Shown here in pieces: positions 13,001 to 24,300 of a stretch of DNA of 64,000 bases. The first letter of the stretch is position 1. Each line of letters opens with the position of its first letter. A program made the translations under genes and the position numbers. Source of the stretch: Squalus acanthias (lineage: Eukaryota); NCBI GenBank assembly GCA_030390025.1, contig CM059432.1, positions 149,484,001 through 149,548,000 on the forward strand, written 5' to 3'. The notes beneath the pieces were generated by a model. That model made no database searches. It was given only the letters and a program-made list of their open reading frames with translations, and was not told the DNA's origin.

Positions 13001-13260
13001 CAACAATGGGCATAAGGTTTAAAGTCTCCAGAAGAAGCAAGGCTGCTTGCAGGCCTTAAATCCAGCAGCATTGATGACTTCATCGGAGGCGACTTTCTGT
13101 ATGAAAAGACACATTGGGCCAGGGGTTTCCACACGCTGGAAATCAAGTGCCCAATTAGGGCAAAATCGCACTTTTTTTCCCACTTCACATCAGAGTCGGG
13201 GTCCTGACACGAAAACCACCTGACACGCCCCAGCCCGCCCCCAATGGCAAAATCGAGCCC
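10021..13260. mobile_element. End-to-end non-autonomous PIF/Harbinger transposon
   Basis: Perfect 16 bp TIRs GGGCTCGATTTTGCCA / TGGCAAAATCGAGCCC and a 3 bp TSD, ATG (10018-10020 and 13261-13263). Confidence 0.92.
11036..12979 (-). pseudogene. Harbinger Myb/SANT-like DNA-binding protein gene, 3 exons, lightly damaged
   Basis: Exon 1 12979-12740 (APRFDETSLQALV...WLQVAQEVNS...RTWLQCRKRFQDL, donor gtgagt). Exon 2 from 12420 (EKRAHNKRERARTGGGPP). Exon 3 lies in ORF 11094..12179 (coiled coil). The basic tail PRRSTRKRK is in a shifted frame, and the expected exon 2 donor reads GA instead of GT. Confidence 0.8.
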
Positions 13261-13359
13261 ATGATCTTCCCTTTTTTCCTTTATTCTATCTTAACTATTT
13301 TATCCTTTCTCCCATAAACCAATTTTCAATTTCTGATGTTTTCTACTGAATCTCATTCT

Positions 13360-13800
13360 TGCCACTGGGAATCTGGGAGAGTAGGGTGGGTGTCTCCCGA
13401 ACCACCGCAGCGCACGCAGGGGTGACTTAGTTGAGCTTGCGGTAGTCGATAGTTAACCGCCAACTCTCATCTGGCTTCTTGGCCGGCCAGACGGGGGAGC
13501 TAGTTGTAAATGTGCCTTTGCGGACAACACCCTGTTTTAACAATGACTCGATGGTAGTTCGAATGTACGGTCTACTCTCGGCCGGGTATGAGGAGTGTTT
13601 CACGGGGGCGTGGACCATTAATCTCCTCGGGTTCAGTCATCCCTCCGCAATCATGTCTGTGGGTTGCGAATGCTCCCGGGACTGATTCTAGGATCGCCCG
13701 GACTTCCGGGTCTGCAGAGGTGGCTGGTTCATAGTCCTCTGATTTTATAATCGCGAATACCGAGTGCGCGCTGGACACCGGGGTGACCAGCTTATCAGTA
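13360..13800 (-). pseudogene. pol: Retroviral pol fragment (RT N-terminus)
   Basis: AFATHRHDCG...YPAESRPYIRTTIESLLKQGVVRKGTFTTSSPVWPAKKPDESWRLTIDYRKLN*VTPACAAVVRETPTLLSQIP. Confidence 0.85.
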
Positions 13801-13809
13801 CCTCTTGCA

Positions 13810-14270
13810 TAAATGAATCAACCATTGCATCAGTAAAACACATCTGGTGCGTGATCATCAGCAGCGAATCATGCAAGGTCTGTGCCTGCTCTCCAGGTGG
13901 CTGCCATGATGCTTTTATATTATAAATCCCCCCGCCCCCCCACTCTTTTCCCCTGCACAGCAAGTGAGAGGTTGGCTGCTTGGCGACGAGGGCTATCCCC
14001 TGCACAATTAGCTTATGACACCTCTCAGAAACCCACACGCGGTGTTTGAACTGCGCTCCATTCAGATCCACTGGTCAACTCGAGCCCTCATGGACCAGGC
14101 CCCTGAACTCTTCAAGCAATGATTCTGCTGCTTGCACTGGTGGCTTCCTCCAATACAGCCCAGAAAGAGTATCCCATGGGATACTGGTTTGTTGCATAAC
14201 ATTGGGGACAACACGTAGAGTCACCATTGGACGAGGATCTTCAGCAAGTTGAGAGGACCCTGATGACTGT
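13810..14270 (+). pseudogene. Harbinger (HARBI1-like) DDE transposase remnant
   Basis: Manual translation: LVRDHQQRIMQ..CACSPGGCHDAFIL...WLLGDEGYPL..LMTPLRNP...STRALMDQA..LFKQ*FCCL..TGGFLQYSPERVS..ILVCC. Confidence 0.8.
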
Positions 14271-15597
14271 AAGAATGACACAGAAGTGGAAGGGCTCCCA
14301 CACCAGCCTGCAGCTAGAGCTTTTTTTGGCAGCAGCTATTAAAGAGCGCTTCAGCTGAATAATCCCTGCCCCTCCGCATTAACAGTCATGTCCGACATCA
14401 TTCGCTGTCCTTGCACCCTCCAATAAACTGCATTTGCTCAAAGACCGACATTGATATTTATGTCCCCTGACACTGCAGGGTAACCAGTTTCTACAGGAAC
14501 ACTCTGCACACAGCGGCCCAAACATTGCGGTCAGCGGCGTAGCTACGGAGTACGCCGCCAACCTCCAAAGAATCTTCTCTTCTTGGGCAGTCCCTCGGCA
14601 CCGATTACCAACTTACCTTGTGCGAGGCCCCACACACAGACTTGCTGTTCGGTGCTGCAGAGTTGTGCTCATCGTATGACATCACTGAGCTCAGGAGCGC
14701 AGCGGACAGCCTGTGCGTAAGGGAAGACCTGCCCACAGAATCTGTCAAAACTAAGCCACGCCCACAGAAACTTCTTTCAGTTTCTTGCATTGAAATTACA
14801 TTTAAAACTTCTAAAAGCTTTTAATTAAACTGGTACTTGGACTGAATTCATATATCAGCAAATAGTTGTGTTTTCACCGTATGAAATTCACGTGCAGCTA
14901 TGTATATGTACTTGTCACAATGTCTGCTTTCTCGCACATAGCTATTTATGTAAAGTTCTATGGAGTGTGTGGATCTTTGGTATATGTGCAATAAACATAA
15001 TGAAACATTTCATGCGTACGGGGCTCCGTATCATTTACAAACAGTACGTGAGATGTTGGAATATGATGAGGCTTGTTGGTGCGGAATACTAATAAACATG
15101 GTTTGTTTCTGTGGGTGGTTTTCTGGTAACAGTATCATTTCAATTTTGTTTAAGTTTACTGAACAATTTGCAGGTTTTAGGGTAAATGTTGCATTGCTTA
15201 CAACTATATCCGCTGCTTGCTCTCAATGTTCAATACAAATGGGTTCCTTTCACAGTGAAACAGGCTCCTGCGCCTACTTTCACTCACCGTAACATTTTCG
15301 GACGTAATTGCTGGGCAGTTGGTGGGCAATTGGCCCAACTCTGCGCCAGCAATGAGTATTTCCCCGTCGGTTGCGTACCTTGGCAGATCGCAAGTTCTGG
15401 ATTTACCGCACGCGCAAGCATATTTCAAAGGCTGTATGATGGCGTACGCTCAGAGTACGCAAAACCTGCCCCAGAGATTTCAACAATTATCACCAGGTAT
15501 GAGCCCATAATACCTGTCTTAAGTGATGTCTTACCTCTTCTACTACTCCTACGCAGTGCTCCCTCTGATGTGCGGGAGAGCAGACTTTAGGATCTAA

Positions 15598-15905
15598 TTA
15601 GAACATAAGAACATAAGAGGTAAGAGCAGGAGTCGGCCATTCGGACCCTCGAGCCTGCTCCACCACACGGCCCCTCGAGCCTGTTCCGCCACACAGCCCC
15701 TCGAGCCTGCTCCGCCACACGGCCCCTCGAGCCTGCTCCACCACTCAATAAGATCATGGCTGATCATCGACCTCAACTCCACTTTCCCACCCGATCTCTA
15801 TATCCCTTGATTCCCCTAGAGTCCAAAAATCTATCTATCTCGGCCTTGAATATACTCAAAGACTCAGCATTCACAGCCCTCTGGGGCAGAGAATTCCAAA
15901 GATTG
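15598..15905 (-). mobile_element. CR1 LINE 3' end with a short internal tandem expansion
   Basis: (aagaacat)n tail and LWNSLPQRAV on the - strand; 4 copies of ~26 bp ccctcgagcctgctccgccacacggc at ~15646-15742. Confidence 0.85.
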
Positions 15906-15909
15906 AACC

Positions 15910-17840
15910 CATTCAGTCTCCCAGCCTGTCCAAGGAGGAGTAGTGGAGCCCAGAGCCTGCATGACCCACTATTAACAACCTGAGAAATGCTGCCACTGGT
16001 ACTAGAGACTCTATGGTTTACTGAAGTGTGTCGATGCCATGCTGTTGGCAGAGGACTCCTTCAAAACCTCCAACATGTTGCAGCAGCTCCTTGGCAGGCA
16101 GTCCAGTACAATTGCTGGTGTGCAGAAAGCATTTTTCTTTGAAAGTCCCTAAAGTCTGGATCTCTGTCCTCTTCATCGGAGCTAGGACCTGAGCTGGCTG
16201 ATTCCTGGGCTGTCCTTTCGACTTGCGCCTGCTCACTATTGCCCCGTGGAGACGCTATGTGCAGACCTCTCTACTTATATCTACCTATCTATAACACTTT
16301 ATTATATCTACATATATCTACCTATATCTCAGGATACGGGGTAGGACATTTTCGACTGAGATGAGGAGAAATTTCTTCACTCAGAGGGTGGTGAACCTGT
16401 GGAATTCTCTACCACAGAAGGCTGTGGAGGCCAAGTCACTGAATATATTTAAGAAGGAGATAGATAGATTTCTAGACACAAAAGGCATCAAGGGGTATGG
16501 GGAGAGAGCGGGAATATGGTATTGAGATAGAGCATCAGCCATGATCATATTGAATGGCGGAGCAGGCTCGAAGGGCCGAATGGCCGACTCCTGCTCCTAT
16601 TTTTCTATGTTTCTATTTATAACACTCAGTGCAAATTTCTGGGCTGGTTCTTGGGTAGCTAGGAGCAAGTGATACTACATCGTCAGGACGATTATTCCGC
16701 TCCATCTGTGCAGCGACACAGCCTGAGTTGTCTGAAGGACCTAGAAGAAAGGCAGAGGGACAAGGATTAGCATGTAGAGGCAAGGGTAAGCAGTAGCAGA
16801 TGAGTGGCAGTGCAGTGCAATCCTAGTTGCCATGCTGTGTGTGTATGTAAGCTAGTGAGTTAAATGGAAAGAGAAAAGGCAGGGTTAATTCCCAAATACC
16901 CTGCTGTGGGTGGCCTTAAAGCTCGCCATCTATAGTGCAGCATGACCTCTCTGCCAAAGATGTCGATGGCCGCTTACTCCATTGGAGTCAGAGTTTGCAA
17001 TGCGGCAGGACCGCTTCCTATTCTAAAGGTCTCCCGCTGATTGTGTGGCAGCTCCCCCTACAAGAGGAGCGAGAGTGAGCTGATGTGCGCTGTTTGAAGG
17101 GTTGTGTGAGGCAACTTCGCGTAGTGAGCATGCTGAGAGGAAGAAGCAGCAAGTGTCGGGAAGAGGGGGAAGCCATTGTGGGGCCAGTAACAGGTGTTCA
17201 GATTGTGAGTAGAAGGTGAAGTGTCCCATTGTGATTGAAGGGGAGGCGAGTGAAGGGTGCTCGGGCCAAAGTCTGGTGTTTGCAGGGATGTCCAGAGAGT
17301 AAGAGAGATGTGAAGAGGACTCTCACCTCGGCAACCCTGGTAAGGTCATTGAATGTCTTGCTGCATTGCCGCCAGGTTCTAGGAACTATCCTGCTGGCAT
17401 TGACCTGTCCAGCCCCCTCTCTCCACTAATGCTGGCTAACTAGCCAAGGCACCCTTTGTCCATCCAAAGGAAACAGGACTTCCTTCCTGGTCCTCACTTG
17501 CTCCATGAGGACATCCACGGCAGTATCTGATAATTGGAGTCTACTGGCCGTTGTCATTGTCCCTGCTGCTTCAGTGGCACGCTGTCCTCCCACCGCCACT
17601 GAGAACTCCCCCTCCCCTTTAAGATCTGCAGGCTGGCTTTAAGAAGCAGCAGGCCCACCCGATTTCTCACCTTCCCAAACGGCGAGCTGCCTATAAAAGG
17701 CACGATTAATGCTGGTATCTCACCTCCGGTATTTAGATGAGACCCAGTTATGAAAATTGATCGGGGCCTCCCACTGACATCATCAGGCATGGGGTTGCGG
17801 ATGCAATGCCCACCGCCCGATCCACAAAAATCGGTAGCTA
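15910..17840 (-). mobile_element. Old Harbinger Myb/SANT gene remnant containing a CR1 3' insertion (~16330-16615, +)
   Basis: - strand ~17557-17326 reads MTTASRLQLSDTAVDVLMEQVRTRKEVLFP...VNASRIVPRTWRQCSKTFNDLTRVAE followed by gtgag. Confidence 0.65.
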
Positions 17841-18169
17841 AAAGTTTCTGCGTTGTTGCAGAATTTCTTTTGATAAGGTCAAGAGGCTGAATCTTAGCTT
17901 AAGATTCAGAACTGTTTCTTAAATTTACCGAGTGATGGGCAGCATAACATGCTGAGAGGAAGCTCCAGACCTTTACCGCTTCATATATTCATCTCATTTG
18001 ATGGCCCATAGGTGTATTCAAACTCTAAATAGCAAACATGTAGAATCTCCCTCCCCGCCCAGTCCCTTATCAGCTTCAAAAGGAATATTTTAATTATCTG
18101 TTCAGTTCCCTTTAGTTCACTTCTTATTGTGCAATCATGCTAGGAAGTGTTAATCTGTAGGAGTTGAAT

Positions 18170-18546
18170 CATATAAGATTCCGAGGGGGCTTGACAGGGT
18201 AGATGCAGAGAGGATGTTTCCTCTCATGGGGGAATCTAGAACTAGGGGGCATAATTTCAGAATAAGGGGGCGTCCTTTTAAATCGGAGATGAGGAGGAAT
18301 TTCTTCTCTGAGGGTCGTGAATCTTTGGAATTCTCTTCACCAGAGAGCTGTGGAGGCTGGGTCATTGAATATATTTAAGGTGGAGATAGACAGATTTTTG
18401 AACGATAAGGGAGTCGAGGGTTATGGGGAGCGGGCAGGGAAATGGAGTTGAGGCCAAGATCAGATCAGCCATGATCTTATTGAATGGCGGAGCAGGCTCG
18501 AGGGGCCAAATGACCGACTCCTGCTCCTACGTCTTATGTTCTTATG
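18170..18546 (+). mobile_element. CR1 LINE 3' end
   Basis: gagatgaggaggaatttcttctctg...aatctttggaattctc and a cttatgttcttatg tail; ends about 80 bp before the DCLK3 acceptor. Confidence 0.85.
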
Positions 18547-18626
18547 AGTTTTTCTGATTTTAATTTTTGAAAACAGCTGGTGTAATACTTCACAGACTAA
18601 ATTGCTTAAATCTTTTTTTTTTCCAG

Positions 18627-20440
18627 AGAAACAAGCCTCATTTAATGACCTGAGCAGCGAGCCCCAGGAAAATAACCTGCGGGCCACATATCCACCTCTA
18701 GGACGAGGAACCTTTGGACAGTCATTGTCAGGTGCAACCAGTTGCAATACACTTATTCATAAAAGGAGCTGCTGTCACGCTGTCCATTCCGAGATCAGTC
18801 CTGCAAAGCCCAGGATAATGACGGTGATAAAAGCAGGTGGGCAATCGCACAAGAAGGTGACCATCCTTTTGAACAGGCGCTGCACACAGACATTCGAGCA
18901 ACTTATTGGTGATATTGCAGAAGCTTTGGGCCACCTCCAAGGCAAAAATGAATGTGTGAAGAAACTTTACACTTTGAAAGGGAAAGAAGTGAAAAGTGTC
19001 TCTGACTTCTACCGAGGAGATGATGTGTTTCTAGCTGCTGGGAGAGAGCAGCTAACGATAACTGACGTACAGAAAGTCTTAAGAGAACTCTACCCCAGTG
19101 ATCCGTATGCCCGAAGCTTGATCCAGCGACACTGGTGTCAGTCTGAGAAACCTCGCCACAGGTACAGTGAAATGGGATTAAAGGCTGCAGCCGAGTTTGA
19201 GCGTACCGAGGCGGCCCCAGCCGAAAGACAAATGACCAAAAAGATGGGAGAAGTCAGAGCCAGAGTGGGACAACAGGAAAGGGAGAAGGCTCGGAAATGG
19301 GAACAGGAGAGGTGGGAAAGGGAGCGCAGGGAGCTGGCTGAGAAAGCAAGGCAGCAGAAGAAGCACAGAAGCTTTGACGGGGACAAAGAAGAAATGGAGA
19401 AGTGCCAAATCAACAAAAAGGGGAAGCAGCACAAACAAAAAGAGGAGAAAAGAGAAACTGAGAAGGATGCAAGAACATGTGAAAGAGAATGTAAAAGACC
19501 AAAAGAACAAAAGATATTGCAGATAGGAGGACCTGAATGGGAAGAAGACAGAAAAGAAGTCACCGGTGAACAAAAAATGCCTTATGAGGTTAAAGAAATA
19601 GAAAGGAGAGAGGAAGCAAGAAACAGAAGTAGCTGGAAAGAAAATAAATGTGACACTGAAGGAGAGCAGCCAGTGCAGAATATAAGGACGGGACAGAAGA
19701 AAATTAAAGAGGAAGAAGAAATATACAGATGGGAGAAAGTGAAGCCTGAAAGGCGACAAGGACAAATGGAGGACCAGCAATGGGATTCAGAAGATAAACT
19801 GCCTAGAATAGGAGATGAAGTCTGTAAAAATACCAAGCAAGAGGAAACAAGAAAATGCTGTTGTAGTCATGAAAAGTCAAGGAATGAGGAAGAACAAATA
19901 TGGGGTGATAAAGAAACTCAAAAGCAACCTGTGAAAACTATTGGAATGGAACAACCTATAATCAGAAAAGACAATAGCATTCACACTAGAAAAACAGAGC
20001 TACTTGTGTCAAGACCACAACAACCAAAACCTCAAAGAGAAATTGAGCGTTCTTATGAAATTGGCAGAACTATTGGAGATGGTAACTTTGCTTTAGTAAA
20101 AGAATGTAGGCTTAAGAATACGGAATACGAATACGCAGTGAAAATCATTGATAAATCCAAGTTAAAAGGAAAAGAGATCATGATTGAAAATGAGATTGCA
20201 ATTGTAAGGAGCCTTTCTCATCCTAATATTGTGAGGTTCATTGAGGAGTTTGAGACTGAGGGTGAGATATACCTCATTATGGAGTACATTCACGGAGGAG
20301 ACCTATTTGATGCAATTACAGACAGTGTTAAATTTACTGAACACAATGCTGCCCTTATGATGGACAACCTTTGTGATGCATTAGCATACATCCACAGCAA
20401 GAACATTGTACACAGAGATTTGAAACCAGAAAATCTTCTC
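18627..20440 (+). CDS. DCLK3: Doublecortin-like kinase 3, large internal coding exon (DCX domain, charged linker, kinase N-lobe to HRD)
   Basis: Lies in ORF 18602..20524. DCX-like segment [12 protein letters not shown]...[13 protein letters not shown]...[12 protein letters not shown]...FLAAGRE; kinase motifs [28 protein letters not shown]. Acceptor tttttttccag ends 18626; donor gtaagt starts 20441. Starts in phase 1, ends in phase 0. Confidence 0.95.
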
Positions 20441-20693
20441 GTAAGTACTGACAGATGTATATATTGGGGATATATTCTTAATCTTGCATTCTTCCTCATT
20501 TATTTAACCGCCACAGTCCAATGAATTACAGTGTTAAATGCTCAATTTCCAGTGCCCCACCATTGGCGGCCGTGCCTTAAGCTGTTTAGGCCGTAAGCTC
20601 TGGAATTCTCACTTCAAACCGCTCCACCTCTCCTTTAAGATGCTCCTTAAATCTTACCTCGATGACCAAGCGTTTGGTTACCTGTCGTAATAT

Positions 20694-21377
20694 ACATTGG
20701 GGAGACCAAACGCAGATTGGGTGACCGCTTTGCGGAACACCTCCGTTCAGTCCGTAAGGGTGACCCCGAGCTTCCGGTCGCCTGTCATTTTAATTCACCT
20801 CTCCACGCCCACTCAGACCTCACTGTCCTCGGCCTTGTGCATTGTTCCACGGAAGCTCAGCGTAAGCTCGAGGAACAGCACCTCATCTTCCGATTAGGCA
20901 CTTTACAGCCTTCCGGACTCAATATCGAGTTCAACAATTTCAGATCATAACCTCGGCCCCTACCACATATATATACATTTTATCCACCCTTTTGGTTGGT
21001 GCCTTTTCCCTTTTTCTTCTCTCTCCCCCCACAGCAGCTGTCTTTCATTCTGCCAGCATTTCACATTTCACACTTCTGAGCCACCTTTTGTTTCTTAACC
21101 TGTCCTATTACCATCCCGTCTTGCCTTGAGCATCTCTTAATGTCTCTACTTACCATAGACCACCCCTTTTGTTCTTTTATTCCTCCCCCCAGCCTCCCCC
21201 TTGCTTTTTTATCTGTTTCATTTCCTGCTTTTTTCTCAGTTCTGACGAAGGGTTTCGACCTGAAACGTTAACTCTGTTTCTCTCTCCACGAAATGTTGCC
21301 TGGCCTGCTGAGTTTTTCCAGCGTTTTCTGTCGTTGTTTCAATTTTCCAGCATCCGCAGTATTTTGCTATCGTGTTT
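20694..21377 (+). mobile_element. Penelope-like element 3' fragment (GIY-YIG endonuclease end and pLTR) inserted in an L2 tail
   Basis: YIGETKRRLGDRFAEHLRSV...PVACHFN...EQHLIFRLGTLQPSGLNIEF*; gtaatat duplicated at both flanks. L2 3' sequence at ~20555-20690 and ~21385-21470. Confidence 0.88.
21238..21273 (+). ncRNA. Minimal type I hammerhead ribozyme in the Penelope pLTR
   Basis: agtt-CTGACGA-agggt ttcg acct-GAA-ACGT-T-aact: conserved core, stem II, palindromic stem III and a 4 bp stem I. Confidence 0.75.
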
Positions 21378-24300
21378 GTAATATTTTCTTATGTGGCTCG
21401 GTGTCAAATTTTGTCTGATAACACCTTGGGATGGTTTACTACGTTAAAGGCACTTTACATATGCAAGTTGTGATTGAGAAAAAAATCATGGTTTTGTCCA
21501 CATTGTATTTTGAGCACCGCTGTAATAACATCCATTTATATTTGGAGGATAAATGTGAGGAAGAAAGCTCAGTATGATCCCCCTTACTCTTTAAATGTAA
21601 TTTATCCTTCACATATCAAGCTCCAACCTTTCCTTTCTGCTTCTTTCTTTGCTTTAGATAGCTTGGAGATTTATCAAAGACAGTGGATGGCTGGGCATGG
21701 ATTACAAGGACCCCGTCTGATCATGTTATAAACCAGGAGCAAAATGACACAAGGCTTCACAATACATTGGCATATTTCAGATAATGGATTACAAAGCCTA
21801 CCTCTTTGAAGCCTTAGGATAAATTTTAGGGTTTAGAGCTTCTTATGTCGGGAGAGTATGTTGGGAGTTCAGGCACACACCCGAATTGCCCTCTAAATGG
21901 ATTTCCATCTATTAAAATGAATCATGAATATTAGGATATCTTCATCAACTCCTGATGAGGACAATATAGAATGGGGACCAGTGGAATTTGCATTTTATTT
22001 CAGAAGTGAGAAAACCATTGTAAACCTGTGAGCAATGAATTCTAAAAGTTGTCCTCATGGCTTGGTTCTGGTATGTACAATGTTCACTCATCCACTGCTA
22101 AACAATGTTGTTAAATACATTTTAAGCTCTTTTTAAATCTTATTTTAATTAAGATTATCACAAGTATAAGGGTCTTTAGTGCCCACCCTAGTTTCCCTAT
22201 TCTTTGGGCTCCCAGTAGATGGTGAAGTGTACCTTTTTCACTCATGCGATACTATTGTACTTCTTTCTGCTCCTGAAACTGGATTAGAATTTGATGATTT
22301 TCCCAGCAGTTTAGTTCCCAGTGACGAACGTTGTCCATGACACTATTCGAGTGCGGTCATTGACTTCCAACCATTGTTGTCCATAGAATTCTTGAGGCTT
22401 CGCTGACAAAAGAGCCAAGGGGGGAGTAATATTAACTTTTGACAATGGTGTAAAACTTCACTAGAAAGGAAAATCGGGCAGGGTGTACATTGTGCGACCA
22501 ATCTAATATGCCCCAATAACACCATCGCCAAAAGTTAAAATGACCCCCAACCAACTCTACCCGCCCTCCAGGAGGTGATGGAGTCTGGTTTCTCCAGTCC
22601 AATGATGAAGCAGGAGGAGGACCTCTCTCTGATACCCAAACTCATTTTGGGCTCTTGAGCTGGGACATTCATTACTGTAAGATCTTAACGATCTCTGAGT
22701 TCTTGGACAAGACACCAATAGGCAGCAGCCAGTATGTTTGAGCAATAGATCAAGCGTAATTAATACTTAACATTAGGTGATAGTTTAACGAGTAGCTCGC
22801 AGTCCTAGGTCTCTGGAGCCTCTCGGACACAGATGACGTCGTCTTAAGTCTGTTCCTTTGTTCTCGCAGTAAGTCTGTGTAAAGTTGTTCTTTGAGTATT
22901 GAGGTTTTAACCCTTTTCTTATCAAAAGTTGGTTTGGCCAGTGTCCATATATGGTCTTTAACAAAATCACCTTTAATTAGTTCTAATTGTCAAAATACCA
23001 TTGTCACTCAGACTAAGGGTAGCATCCCTCCTTTCCAGTATTTTTCCGCCAACCCTATTCTGCTGTCTTGTTATCTTGTTTATAGTTTTTCACCCCATTG
23101 GAATTTACCATATCTGTTTCATTTCATAGCCTCCCTGGTACAAGGCCTTTATACCAAGGGCCCATATCATCCTGCTGTCTCACTTGTCTTGAGGTATCCA
23201 GACTATCTCACTTTAATCTACCAGATAAATACCTTAACTTCCATGATCTCTCTCATTTTAGTCCTTATACTAATTATCCTTTAAATATTGTTGCAATTAG
23301 TTTGGTTAAACGAATTCTAAGTTTTATACAGCATTATAATATGTTATTTAATGATTTAACCTTCACTCACTGTCTGTGGCTGTTTGTTATCAAAACTTAG
23401 ACAAAACTGCTTTTGACTGTCCTCGCAGCTGCATTTTGAACAAGTCTTAGCTTTCTAGTTACCCAGGAGTAATTATGGGTAATATTATTTGGCCAATGGC
23501 TACACTTGAAGTTATACATATATGATTCTCGTCTGCTAAATATCTTTAAATATTAGCCTTTCCTACACTACCTTCAACACAAAGGAGGCCCACCTACTGA
23601 AAGAAAGAAGAAAGAAAGACTTGCATTTATATAGCGCCTTTCACGACCACCGGACGTCTCAAAAAGCACAATTTGTACAGGGAGCTTCTTTGTGGACCAC
23701 GAGAATGGGAGTGTGGCACATCCTTGAGCAAGAACAGCCTATGGCTGATAAGCACCTCTGACTAGAAGCTTCTATTCTAGGCTGGAATAGAGACATTATA
23801 CTCATGGGACAATAGAGTCTTTACATAGGGAGCCCTTCAGATGAAAGTAGCCTGCCACCATATCCATTTGGAGGATTGTGGCCCAGAAGGGCTCTCATAA
23901 TCTGTCCAGCTATCCATGTACCTGCTAACGACCCGGTCATATGAGGAAAACCTCATAAAGACCACAGTGGTCATCTTGCATTTAATTTGTAGGTCTAAAA
24001 GAAATCAAAAGGTACCCAGCCAATCATGATTAACCTTTTATGGGGATTGGGGAGGATCCAGAGGAGGAGGTGAAAATTCACATGCTGTAGAAGGCCAGGG
24101 GGGAGGAGGGATGCAGTCAACATCATGTGACACAGTGAAGATGGATCACCTCAGATGCTTGGGTCAGTGAGATAATGGAGCAGCATTATCCTCGCCATTT
24201 CAGGTTTAGATTCTTCAGGATCACGGCAATTGTTTGGATCACACCATGACTGCTTACAGTTATGTCACAAAAATACTTACCTATGGTTTTGCAGGAATAT

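Noticed and set aside
13745..14281. - strand ORFs as ERV gag or protease upstream of RT
   Set aside because: The + strand shows clear Harbinger transposase motifs (GCHDAFIL, LLGDEGYPL, GGFLQYSP), so these ORFs are antisense artefacts.
19138..19836. Hydrophobic antisense ORFs
   Set aside because: Mirror images of the purine-rich E/K/R linker of DCLK3.
20441..20524. Hydrophobic C-terminal extension of the 640 aa ORF as a membrane anchor
   Set aside because: Read-through past the gtaagt donor; the kinase continues in the next exon.
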